DNA of 63,992 nt, counting the filler. It is 5 parts of 5 records of this genome, joined end to end, with 100 filler letters (N's around TTAATTAATTAA, not from the genome) between each part and the next. Parts side by side here need not be neighbours in the genome. Positions count along the whole stretch, not along the records: positions 50,333 to 58,300 come from DRR723986_8704; positions 58,401 to 63,992 come from DRR723986_8747; 3 more parts are not named here. One strand, written 5' to 3'. Position numbers and translations under genes: made by a program. A model generated the notes under the pieces. It made no database searches. It was given only the letters and a program-made list of their open reading frames with translations, and was not told where the DNA came from. Position 1 is the stretch's first letter; the number at the start of each line of letters is the position of its first letter. Shown piece after piece: positions 50,813 through 60,091 of the stretch.

Positions 50813-53800
50813 GTGGTTGAAGCAGAAGCTTTGCATCGCTCGGCAGTCACAAAAACAAGGTGCGATCAATTGCGCAAACTTGAGATACTGCTGGGATGTG
50901 TTTGTATCCTGGTCATTCTGGGCCTCTTTGCCAATAGCGTTCGAACGAACGCCATGGTTGCAAACGCCGAATTCCGGCGCTTGACCGATGACAGCCTCGA
51001 AAGCCTGCAAACCCGGATGGGCACCTACCTGAGCAGCCTCAATGCAACTGCCGCGTTTCTGCGCTCTTCGGATGAAGTCACCCGCGATGAATTTGATGGC
51101 TTTGTCGCACAGCTGGAAATTGAAAAGTATCTGCCGGGGATCAATGGTATTGGCTATATCACCCCGATAAAGGCCGGGCAGGAACAACAATTGATTGATG
51201 AGATGGCGGCACTGGGCGAGCCGGATCTCAATATTCATCCGCTGACGGACAATGCGGAAAAGTACATCATCAACAGGATTTCTCCGATCGAACCCAATGT
51301 TGAGGCGCTTGGCCTTGATATTTCATTTGAAGAAGGCCGACGAAATTCGGCGAATGCGGCGCGGGACAGCGGGCTGCCGCAGCTGACGCCGCGTATTTTG
51401 CTCGTGCAGGAACACAGCAGCCAGCCGGGTTTCTTGTTGCTGCGGCCTGTCTATTTCAGTGATGATCCCACATCGCGGCCTGATCCGGCAACTTCACCAT
51501 TCAAAGGCTTTGTCTATGCCCCGTTTGTGGGGCGCAATCTGCTGACCAATCTGACGGCCAATCAGGGGATCGTATATCAGTTTTCCGTTTTCGATGGCCC
51601 AACGACGGATATGGATCAACTGATCTACGCCAGCGAATCCGACAGTGAGCCGCCAAGCGGGCGGTATTCCTCAACCTATACGTTTGAGAATTATGGACGC
51701 CAATGGACCGTCCTTTATGAAAGCACGACACCGTTTGAGGCAAGTTTCCGCAACACAATGGCTTGGACGCTCTTGATTGGTGGGCTTGTTCTCTCGGCGA
51801 TGCTTGTTTTTTCGGTGCGCAGCCTGCGCATCCGCGGCGATGCCACCCATGAGCTGGCCCAGTTGCGCGAGCGGCAGATCAACGCCCGCGAAGAAGAAAA
51901 CCGCGCTGTTGTCGAAAACGCTGTGACGGCTGTCTTTATCCTCGATGGACAGCGAAAGATCCTGTTTGCCAACCAAGCCGCCCAAGAAGGCTTTGGATAT
52001 TCGCTGCAACAGATCAAAGGCCTGCTTTTTGATGATCTTGTGTCGGCTTCGGACGATCAGGAGGAAACGTCAGGGGGCAATGCACGCGGCACGACCCGCG
52101 ACGGGGCAGAGTTGGTTCTGGATCTTCATTACAATGAATGGACAACATTCGAAGGGGCCCAGCGTGTCACGGCGATTGTGCGTGACCTCACGCGCGAAAC
52201 AGAAGCACGCGAAGAGATTCGGATCACCAAGATCCGCTATGATCAGGCCCTGCAAGGGGCAGGGATCGGCGTTTTTGATGTGAACCTTGAGACCGGCCAT
52301 TCCGACGTCACGGATACCTGGTGCGAGATTATGGGGATCGACCCCGATCAAAACGACTTTGACTCGCAAGACAACTTTATAAGCCGCGTCCATCCCGATG
52401 ATCTGCCGACACTGACAGCCAATGACGCCGCCTGCATTGAAGGGCGCACAGCCCGTTCCATTTCGGAGTACCGGATCAAGTTCTCGGACACCGAATGGCG
52501 CTGGATGCGGTCCGAGGCGGTTGTGGTAAATCGCAACAAAGAGGGCAAAGCCCTGAGAATGATCGGAACCCAGGCCGATATTACCGAACTGCACAATTCC
52601 CAACATGCCCTTGAGGCCAGCGAGAAACGCTTCCGTCAGGTGCTGTCCGCCGCACCGATCGGCATGGTCTTGATGGACAACAACGGCCATTTTCTCGGCG
52701 TGAACAATGCCTTTTGCAAGCTCACCGGCTATACGGAAGACGAGCTTTTGACCACGGTGCGCATGCCGGACATGATGTCAAAAGATGAGCGTAAGAAGCT
52801 GTATTCAGAGATCAGCAATCTCATGAACAGCGATGACAATCACGTTTATACTGCCGAACATCGCATTGTGACGCGCAACAACAGCGAACGCTGGGGCTTG
52901 TTTCACATCACATGGGCCTATGACAAAAACAAAGATGAACATTACTTCATCTCGCAAATCATCGACATCACGGATCAGAAAAAGATTGAGCAGATCAAGA
53001 ATGAATTTGTCTCCACCGTCAGCCATGAATTGCGCACGCCGCTGACGTCGATCAAGGGCGCCCTGGGCCTGGTTCTGGCCACTGGCACGGACCAGATGGA
53101 GGACGCCAAAAAGCGTTTGATTGATATCGCGCTGTCCAACACCGAGCGGTTGACAACCATTGTGAACGACATTCTGGATCTCGAAAAAATCTCTTCCGGT
53201 GAGGTGGATTTTGTCTTTCAGGATCTCGATATGACCTCGTTGATCAAAGAGGCAGTGAAAGAGAACTCGCCCTTTGCGACCACCCACAAAAACACTTTGC
53301 GGTTTGAACATCCAGACCTGCCCCTGAACGTGAGTGCCGACTTCAACCGGACCAAGCAGGTGATGGCAAATTTGATCTCGAATGCCTGCAAATACTCGGA
53401 CCCCGAAACCGAGGTGCTGATTAAGGCAGAGCAACTGGATGGCAAGATCATCGTCTACATCCAAAATCGCGGTCCCGGTATTCCTGAAAATTTCAAACCA
53501 TTGATGTTCCAGGCATTTTCTCAAGCAGACAGTTCGGACACCCGCGCCAAGGGCGGCACCGGACTTGGCCTGAACATCACCAAACAGATCGTATCGCGCC
53601 ATCAGGGTGAGATCGGCTTTGAAAGCGCCCCGGATGGCATCACGGTGTTCTGGTTCACCTATCCCTCGAGTGACGAGGATGACATGAACGATCCGATCGC
53701 TGCGCCGAACGTGAAACGCCTGCCAAGGCGTGGTAAGGCCCGTGTGTTGCATATCGAGGATGATCTAGACTTCGCCGAAGTGGTGAAATCCGGCCTGTCC

Positions 53801-54085
53801 AAGGTTGCGGATGTCACTCATGCGGGCAACCTCGAAGAGGCACGCAGATGTATCGAAAACGGCAATCTGGACATGCTCATCGTTGATTGGTCTTTGCCTG
53901 ACGGGGATGCTGCCGTTTTGCTGGATGACATCAACGACCGTTTGCCCAATGTCACGGTTCTTGGGCTGTCATCTGACGGCAATAGACGCCGCGACAGCCG
54001 CGTGACTGTCAATCTGGAGAAATCCCGGACGGAGCTGTCCACCATTGCCGAATATGTCTCATCGCGTGTTGCAAACGTATCCTAA
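50813..54085 (+). CDS. Hybrid sensor histidine kinase: CHASE - PAS x3 - HisKA - HATPase - receiver
   Basis: TM-CHASE (YLPGINGIGY, EALGLDI..E..R, GFVY.PF)-TM; PAS (VHPDD, WRWM); VSHELRTPLTSIKG; NLISNACKY; GGTGLGL; HIEDD..IVDW. Confidence 0.9.
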   Translation: MVEAEALHRSAVTKTRCDQLRKLEILLGCVCILVILGLFANSVRTNAMVANAEFRRLTDDSLESLQTRMGTYLSSLNATAAFLRSSDEVTRDEFDGFVAQLEIEKYLPGINGIGYITPIKAGQEQQLIDEMAALGEPDLNIHPLTDNAEKYIINRISPIEPNVEALGLDISFEEGRRNSANAARDSGLPQLTPRILLVQEHSSQPGFLLLRPVYFSDDPTSRPDPATSPFKGFVYAPFVGRNLLTNLTANQGIVYQFSVFDGPTTDMDQLIYASESDSEPPSGRYSSTYTFENYGRQWTVLYESTTPFEASFRNTMAWTLLIGGLVLSAMLVFSVRSLRIRGDATHELAQLRERQINAREEENRAVVENAVTAVFILDGQRKILFANQAAQEGFGYSLQQIKGLLFDDLVSASDDQEETSGGNARGTTRDGAELVLDLHYNEWTTFEGAQRVTAIVRDLTRETEAREEIRITKIRYDQALQGAGIGVFDVNLETGHSDVTDTWCEIMGIDPDQNDFDSQDNFISRVHPDDLPTLTANDAACIEGRTARSISEYRIKFSDTEWRWMRSEAVVVNRNKEGKALRMIGTQADITELHNSQHALEASEKRFRQVLSAAPIGMVLMDNNGHFLGVNNAFCKLTGYTEDELLTTVRMPDMMSKDERKKLYSEISNLMNSDDNHVYTAEHRIVTRNNSERWGLFHITWAYDKNKDEHYFISQIIDITDQKKIEQIKNEFVSTVSHELRTPLTSIKGALGLVLATGTDQMEDAKKRLIDIALSNTERLTTIVNDILDLEKISSGEVDFVFQDLDMTSLIKEAVKENSPFATTHKNTLRFEHPDLPLNVSADFNRTKQVMANLISNACKYSDPETEVLIKAEQLDGKIIVYIQNRGPGIPENFKPLMFQAFSQADSSDTRAKGGTGLGLNITKQIVSRHQGEIGFESAPDGITVFWFTYPSSDEDDMNDPIAAPNVKRLPRRGKARVLHIEDDLDFAEVVKSGLSKVADVTHAGNLEEARRCIENGNLDMLIVDWSLPDGDAAVLLDDINDRLPNVTVLGLSSDGNRRRDSRVTVNLEKSRTELSTIAEYVSSRVANVS

Positions 54086-54232
54086 AGGCCGGATTTGCGA
54101 TCTTTTTGAGAAAATCAATGCGAGTGCCACATTCTTGCCAGTTTACCTGTGCATGGTTTCAAAAATGTTGAGTTGCGTCCCGGTCATTTAAGCGGGCGAA
54201 GACGATACAGATTTGAGTATGAGGGCAGGATT

Positions 54233-55888
54233 GTGGCAGACATTACATCTAGCAAGACCTCCGCCAAGGCATTTGCATTTGGTACAGCGGCGGCAACCGG
54301 TTGGTATGCCACCACCAGTGCCCTGCTTGCTGCTCCATTGGATTATTTCATCCCCATTGGCGGCGCGGTTACACTGGCGGGGATGATCCCGATCTTGCTG
54401 AACCGACATGCTGTAAGACAACAAGCCAACATCGATAATGTCGCCTTGACCCAACGGTTGGGGGTTCTGGACCGTCATGTGATGGTTAATGTTGTCGATA
54501 CAAATCACTGCGTGAGCGAGGCAAACGACCAGTTTCTTGACGTCACTGGCTATCGCCGTGACGAATTGATCGGCAAACCCGTCAAAGTCCTTTACTGCGA
54601 AAGCAACGGGCAATCCAAAGCGGACGAGATCCGCGGAACATTGCTGCGCGGTGAGACTTGGCAGGGTGAGACGCCTTTGCGCCGCAAGGACGGCACGGTG
54701 ATGCACACCCATACAACTGTCATCCCGCTGTTTGACGCGATGGGCGAATGGACCGGATCCATCGCCGCGCGAACCGACATCACCCGCACGAAAAAGCTGC
54801 TGGCCGAGCAGGAGACAATGGAGACATTGGAAGAGCTGCGCGACGACATTTGGATCGTCGATGCTGACAGCGAACGCTTTACTTATATGAACAGGGCGGC
54901 GATGCGCCGTACCGACTGGACCAAGCAGAACTACAAGGAAAAATCATTGGGCGATATTGCTCAGGATCGCGGCGCCAAGGCGATTGTCAGCGCCTGCCGT
55001 GAGTTGAAGGAAAACGGCGAGGGCCTGACCCATTTCGAGACGGTGCTGAAAGGCAAACCGTTTTATGCGAGCATCAAGCTGCTGCGGGTCAAGAATACCG
55101 AAGACCGTTTCCTGATCCTGCTGAACGACATCTCTGACCGTTTGGCAGAAGAGCGCAAGAAGTCTGATTTTATCGCAATGGTGAGCCACGAATTGCGCTC
55201 TCCTTTGACATCCATCAAGGGGTCCATGGGGCTGTTGCTGTCCAACGCCACGGGTGAGCTGCCAGACAAGGCGCTGGCGCTGCTGGGCATCGCGCACCGC
55301 AACGCGGATCGTTTGGTGTTGATTATTAACGATATTCTTGACCTTGAGAAAATATCGGCCGGCCGGATGGACTTTGACCTTCAGGACAGTGATATGTCCG
55401 AACTGGTGCGCGAAACCAACCATGCCACCGAAATGCTGCAACAACGCTTTGCGCTTAAGGTTGAAACCAGGGGTGTCGATAAGCCACTGCCAATCAAGAC
55501 CGATCCCACTCGGATCATTCAGGTTTTGACGAATTTCATGTCCAACGCCTGCAAGTTTTCCAAGCCGAACGGCAAGATCGTCATCGAAGTGCAGCAGCTT
55601 GATGAAAGCCTGCGCGTGTCGGTCACAGATGAGGGGCCGGGCATCCCAAGCAGCGATCATCACAAGATTTTTGAACGCTTTGCAGATCTGGAAAATTCAG
55701 ATAGATCTTCCAAAGGTGGCACCGGTTTGGGTTTGAGTATTTGCAAAGCCATCGTGGAAAGTCTAGGAGGCACTATAGGCTTTGAAACGGAAGAGAATGT
55801 CGGCACGACGTTCTATTTTGTTCTCCCGCAGACGCAGTGCGCAGAAGATGGCGACAGGGCAGAAGAAGAGTTCCGCGAAGCCTCGTAA
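54233..55888 (+). CDS. PAS-domain sensor histidine kinase
   Basis: Two N-terminal hydrophobic segments; PAS (TGY..DELIGK, WQGE..RRKDG); VSHELRSPLTSIKG; NFMSNACKF; GGTGLGL; probable GTG start. Confidence 0.9.
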   Translation: MADITSSKTSAKAFAFGTAAATGWYATTSALLAAPLDYFIPIGGAVTLAGMIPILLNRHAVRQQANIDNVALTQRLGVLDRHVMVNVVDTNHCVSEANDQFLDVTGYRRDELIGKPVKVLYCESNGQSKADEIRGTLLRGETWQGETPLRRKDGTVMHTHTTVIPLFDAMGEWTGSIAARTDITRTKKLLAEQETMETLEELRDDIWIVDADSERFTYMNRAAMRRTDWTKQNYKEKSLGDIAQDRGAKAIVSACRELKENGEGLTHFETVLKGKPFYASIKLLRVKNTEDRFLILLNDISDRLAEERKKSDFIAMVSHELRSPLTSIKGSMGLLLSNATGELPDKALALLGIAHRNADRLVLIINDILDLEKISAGRMDFDLQDSDMSELVRETNHATEMLQQRFALKVETRGVDKPLPIKTDPTRIIQVLTNFMSNACKFSKPNGKIVIEVQQLDESLRVSVTDEGPGIPSSDHHKIFERFADLENSDRSSKGGTGLGLSICKAIVESLGGTIGFETEENVGTTFYFVLPQTQCAEDGDRAEEEFREAS

Positions 55889-55900
55889 AAGGGAACGCAG

Positions 55901-56278
55901 ATGATCAACTTACTTCATGTCGAAGACGATGCTGATATCCGGGAAATTGCGATGATGGCGCTTGGCATCTCGGGGGAGTTTGCCATCATTCAATGTGAAT
56001 CCGGTGATGAGGCATTGTCCGAAGTTGAGAACTCAACACCTGATGTGATCCTTCTGGATATGATGATGCCGGGCATGACCGGACTGCAAACGCTCCAACA
56101 TATGCGCAAGATGCCACATCTGGCCGAGGTTCCGGCGATCTTTATGACTGCACGGACCCAGCAATCTGACGTGGATGAGTTGCGGGCGATGGGCAATGTC
56201 GAGGTGATCACCAAGCCGTTTGATCCAATGACGCTGTCCGACCAGATCAAAGAGGCGATGGCAAAGATCGACGCCTAA
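55901..56278 (+). CDS. Single-domain response regulator
   Basis: LLHVEDD, ILLDMMMPGMTG, FMTA, ITKPFDP. Confidence 0.93.
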   Translation: MINLLHVEDDADIREIAMMALGISGEFAIIQCESGDEALSEVENSTPDVILLDMMMPGMTGLQTLQHMRKMPHLAEVPAIFMTARTQQSDVDELRAMGNVEVITKPFDPMTLSDQIKEAMAKIDA

Positions 56279-56311
56279 GCGCAAAAACAAGTCACGAAAA
56301 CCAGACATGCA

Positions 56312-56333
56312 AAAGGGCCCGCACGGGCCCTTT
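56312..56333. terminator. Bidirectional terminator between convergent signalling genes
   Basis: AAAGGGCCCG-CA-CGGGCCCTTT. Confidence 0.75.
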
Positions 56334-56357
56334 GTTGTTTTACCAATTGCAGATCAA

Positions 56358-56735
56358 TCAGTTCGGGTGCGAAACAGCCCGGCATTGCGCGACAAATTCA
56401 TCCAGTTCAACAATCAGATCACCGGGGCAGGTCAACGATGTCGTATCGTTTTCCTCCAGGTGTTTGATGATGCGAATTTCGCAGGCGCGGGCGGTGTCGC
56501 CCAATGGTCCAAAGCCCAGCGATCCGGCGGTGCCGGCAATCTGGTGCAATGTCGCTTGCGCCGCGGCAAGGTTGGTTTTGATGTCGGCAGGATCATTTGC
56601 ATCCCAGGCCGCAACAGTATGGGACGCGATCCGCTCGCGGCGTTCGGCCAGAAGATCAATGAACCGGGTCCGAATTTCGGACATGCCGGGCAATTCGTAA
56701 GTGAACCGTTTCACGCTGTTTGCCCCATCTGCCAA
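56358..56735 (-). CDS. Hpt (histidine phosphotransfer) domain protein
   Basis: Helical protein with LHQIAGTAGSLGF (HxxxG Hpt motif); start overlaps the upstream gene. Confidence 0.82.
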   Translation of the reverse strand: MADGANSVKRFTYELPGMSEIRTRFIDLLAERRERIASHTVAAWDANDPADIKTNLAAAQATLHQIAGTAGSLGFGPLGDTARACEIRIIKHLEENDTTSLTCPGDLIVELDEFVAQCRAVSHPN

Positions 56736-57682
56736 AAGTCATGTTTGGATTGTTCAAAGGCCATGCTGGCATCTTCGGCACTGGCATGGGCCTGCGCCAT
56801 CGCATCCATCAAAGAGGCACCGGATTTCCAGATCAAACGCACGGCTTGGCCTGCGCTGACGCGGGCCTGCAACCGTTCGCCTTTGTTGTTGTAAAGCTCG
56901 GTCTGAGCCAGCGATAGGTTCACCGCATCCATCAACCGGGCCATATCAGGGCGCCAGCCACTTTCGGTGATACACACAAACGTGCCGTTCCCGGCGTAGG
57001 ACATCAGATATTGATGCCCTTCAAGCGTGTCGGAGATAATCTCGGCCACATCGGACACGAGGCTATAAAACTCAAACGAACTCAGGCTCTGATGGAACTG
57101 AAGCGCCTCACGGATGGTGAAGGCAAATGTGGTCGAACCGAACAACGCGCTGCGCGACAATTGCTCGACGTAGTTTTCCATCGCCATGTAGTCGATGACA
57201 TTCTCAACGTCATAGATCGAAATCGGCTCATAAAGCTCAACATGGGCTTCGGGCTCGGCCAGATTTTGTGTGGCAAAGATCTTGCGATTGCGTTCCCGGC
57301 GGGAGGCAACCAGCCCTTCGACCATTGTGATCCGTGCGGTCAATTCAGTGATGTCAAACGGCTTGGTCACGTAATCGGTGGCACCCGCGGCAAAGGCGGC
57401 ATCCACATAACGTTTGTCGGCCATCGCCGTCAGCATCAGGATCGGCGTATCGGCATAGGTCGCCATGCTGCGCACAGACCGGGTCAGGCTGATACCGTCC
57501 ATTGCGGGCATCTGTACGTCAAACAGGAAACAATCGAATTCGGGGGTGTTGGGGTTTTCAAGAACAACCAGCGCTTCTGTTGCGCTGTCCGCTGTGGTCA
57601 GATCGTGATCGCCGATTGCCATCACGAACTGCGTGAGCAATTCGAGAATGATCGGATCATCGTCTACCGCCAGGATTCTCAT
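56711..57682 (-). CDS. Response regulator with a C-terminal degenerate GGDEF-like domain
   Basis: MRILAVDDD, LFDVQMP, LMLTA, AGATDYVTKPF; C-terminal SYAGNGTF in place of RxGGDEF, then RVSAG. Confidence 0.78.
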   Translation of the reverse strand: MRILAVDDDPIILELLTQFVMAIGDHDLTTADSATEALVVLENPNTPEFDCFLFDVQMPAMDGISLTRSVRSMATYADTPILMLTAMADKRYVDAAFAAGATDYVTKPFDITELTARITMVEGLVASRRERNRKIFATQNLAEPEAHVELYEPISIYDVENVIDYMAMENYVEQLSRSALFGSTTFAFTIREALQFHQSLSSFEFYSLVSDVAEIISDTLEGHQYLMSYAGNGTFVCITESGWRPDMARLMDAVNLSLAQTELYNNKGERLQARVSAGQAVRLIWKSGASLMDAMAQAHASAEDASMAFEQSKHDFWQMGQTA

Positions 57683-57827
57683 CTCAAACTCCACAAACCA
57701 ACTATCAGCGCCAAAGGCTTTGGCGGCTATGGTGCCAATCTGAACGGGAAACATGGCCTAAATTAGGCGAAGATCGGAAAATTCTGAATTTCGGGTCAAA
57801 ATATTTTCAAGTTTTTACATGGCTTTA

Positions 57828-57856
57828 ACCCGCCCCCTCTGCTTTGGGGGCGGGTC
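57828..57856 (-). terminator. GC-rich hairpin downstream of the epimerase gene
   Basis: ACCCGCCCCC / GGGGGCGGGT stem. Confidence 0.55.
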
Positions 57857-57894
57857 TGCAAAAACTGGAACGTTTGGTCTCATTTATTGACGGA

Positions 57895-58300
57895 TCAAAC
57901 GGTTTTCTTGTCGTTTACGATCTTCATCTGCGCGATGCCGCTTTGGCCCAAATCCACCTTGGCAAAGGGTCCGCCTTGCAACATTTCACCCGGATCGGTC
58001 AGATCGGGGGCAGGGGTCTCTGCCAACACGGCTTCGGCAAACTGTTCGGCGTTGTCTTTGGGCCGATAGCCGAGGAAGGATGCCTTGGCGTTGTCCACTG
58101 GCGCACGGTCATTGTTGGACACCCCGTAGATGATGCTGAACCCGACCGACGGCGTGTCGACGGCCCTTGTGACCAATTGGATCAGATCGTCATACGACAG
58201 CCAAGATCCCAACGCGCGGGCATTGTTCACCTGCGCCGCGCTCAGGATGCGCAGATGCACGGATTCGAGGCCGCGTTTGTCCCAATACATGCTGCCCAGA
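57895..58300 (-). CDS. NAD-dependent epimerase/uronate dehydrogenase-like SDR, C-terminal part
   Basis: YWDK.G.ESV.LRI.S, WLSYDDL..L, IIYGVSNN, LGYRPKDNAE. Confidence 0.75.
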
Positions 58301-58400
58301 NNNNNNNNNNNNNNNNNNNNNNNNNNNNNNNNNNNNNNNNNNNNTTAATTAATTAANNNNNNNNNNNNNNNNNNNNNNNNNNNNNNNNNNNNNNNNNNNN
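58301..58400. other. Artificial contig spacer
   Basis: N44-TTAATTAATTAA-N44. Confidence 0.99.
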
Positions 58401-58402
58401 CC

Positions 58403-58729
58403 CTGGAGGCCTGGCTCAAGAGCGATTACGCCAAAGGCCTGCCAGCAGATCCGATGGAAGGCACCATTACCCGCACCATGCCATCGGGTTTTTTCGTGCG
58501 CCTGGATTGCAATGGCCTGGAAGGCTTTGTCAGTTGCAAGGACCTGGAGGGCAAGTTCAGCTTTGATCCGGTTACGCTGCGCCTGGTGCACAACAAGAAC
58601 GGCCGGATCTTCCAGCTGGACCAGCGGGTAACCGTGAGCTTTTCCGGTGTGGACGAAGAGCGTCGGCAGATCAACTTCAAACTGCTCGAGGCCGAGGACA
58701 TTAATCCCGGAACCAACGACAAGGGTTGA
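58403..58729 (+). CDS. RNase II/VacB family exoribonuclease, C-terminal S1 domain (5' truncated)
   Basis: LEAWLK..EGTITR..SGFFVRL..GLEGFV..FQLDQRVTV..VDEERRQINF S1 pattern. Confidence 0.72.
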   Translation: MEAWLKSDYAKGLPADPMEGTITRTMPSGFFVRLDCNGLEGFVSCKDLEGKFSFDPVTLRLVHNKNGRIFQLDQRVTVSFSGVDEERRQINFKLLEAEDINPGTNDKG

Positions 58730-58790
58730 AAACCAGCCGGGCAGACACACCGTATCTGTTCAGAGGTCTTCTGTTTTCAGGAGGTGTGTT

Positions 58791-58988
58791 ATGCCCATCA
58801 GTCCTCAGGAATTTCTGCGAAAGTACGGCTTCGACAAAGAAGAGGAAGAGCCCGACCACAGCCTGCGCCACAATGCCATGGAGCATGCCAGGCATTTGAA
58901 ACGGCCCCATGCCGGTACTCCCCATGACTGGGAAGAATGGGAAAGGTTCAAGAAGGAACACCCGGATCAGGTCGAAGACGACGACTGA
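58791..58988 (+). CDS. Small highly charged hypothetical protein (65 aa)
   Basis: AGGAGG RBS; MPISPQEFLRKYGF..HAGTPHDWEEWE; host-like codon usage. Confidence 0.7.
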   Translation: MPISPQEFLRKYGFDKEEEEPDHSLRHNAMEHARHLKRPHAGTPHDWEEWERFKKEHPDQVEDDD

Positions 58989-59000
58989 CCCGGTACAGCA

Positions 59001-59912
59001 TCAGCTGAGGTTCTGGTCCTGCCGGGCCAGCATTCGTCCCAGCCGCTCGTCTTTGGCACGCCACAGATCGCCCAACCAGTCCTTGACGTTACGGCGGTGT
59101 TCGGCGTCCTCAGAGTAATCTTTGCCCTTGAGGTGTTCCGGAATGGCCTGGGTATCAATGGTCATCCGGATCTCCGGCACCCGCCCGCAAATGAAGTCCC
59201 AAAACGTTGGAGCGCCATCGGGATAGGCAATCGTGACATCCACCAGGGTATCAATGGAATCCCCCATGGCATCCAGCACAAAGGCCACTCCACCGGCCTT
59301 GGGCACCAGCAAATGCTGGTACGGTGACTTCTGCCGGTCGTGCTTGGCCGGGGTAAAACGGGTGCCTTCCACAAAGTTCATCACGCTCACCGGCGTGTAG
59401 CGGAATTTCTCACAGGCCTTGCGGGTCGCCTTCAGGTCATCGCCCCGTTTTTCCGGGTGCTTGATCAGATACTCCCGGGTGTAGCGTTTCATAAACGGGA
59501 AATCCAGCCCCCACCAGGCCAGGCCGATCACCGGCACCCAGATCAGCTGTTGTTTCAGGAAGAACTTCAGAAACGGCGCCTGGCGATTGAACACCCGCTG
59601 CATGGCGAGGATATCCACCCAGCTCTGATGATTGCTGAGCACCAGATACCAGCTCTCGCGCTTGAGCTTGTCGGCGCCTTCCACGTGCCAGCGGGTATTG
59701 TGGGTGAGCTTCATCCAGCCTGTATTACAGGCCACCCACGACTCCGAAATCCAGATGATCACGCGGGTGCACAACACCCGGAAACCCTTATGCGGAATCA
59801 CCAGCTTGAACACCGCGGGGATATAGAGCAGCAGGCACCAGAACACGGTGTTCAGGCCTAGTAGCAGCGAATTAAGCACGCCAATAACGGGGGCAGGCAG
59901 GAAACTGAGCAT
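59001..59912 (-). CDS. PlsC/YihG-type acyltransferase
   Basis: NHQSWVD (HxxxxD), KFFLKQQL.WVP, FPFMKR, FVEGTRF. Confidence 0.9.
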   Translation of the reverse strand: MLSFLPAPVIGVLNSLLLGLNTVFWCLLLYIPAVFKLVIPHKGFRVLCTRVIIWISESWVACNTGWMKLTHNTRWHVEGADKLKRESWYLVLSNHQSWVDILAMQRVFNRQAPFLKFFLKQQLIWVPVIGLAWWGLDFPFMKRYTREYLIKHPEKRGDDLKATRKACEKFRYTPVSVMNFVEGTRFTPAKHDRQKSPYQHLLVPKAGGVAFVLDAMGDSIDTLVDVTIAYPDGAPTFWDFICGRVPEIRMTIDTQAIPEHLKGKDYSEDAEHRRNVKDWLGDLWRAKDERLGRMLARQDQNLS

Positions 59913-60091
59913 GGGCATCCTGTTGTGGTTGTTGTTTCCGAAGCCCGCAATCATAGCAACCTGGCAGCCGCTTGGGCAGTGGCCCGAAGTGACCAAAACG
60001 CCGACCGGATGTGACAGTCTTGCCATGGCTGGGGGAATGAATCCACTCTATTATCTGACTCCACACGCACCGCAGCTACACCGGATCCCCT

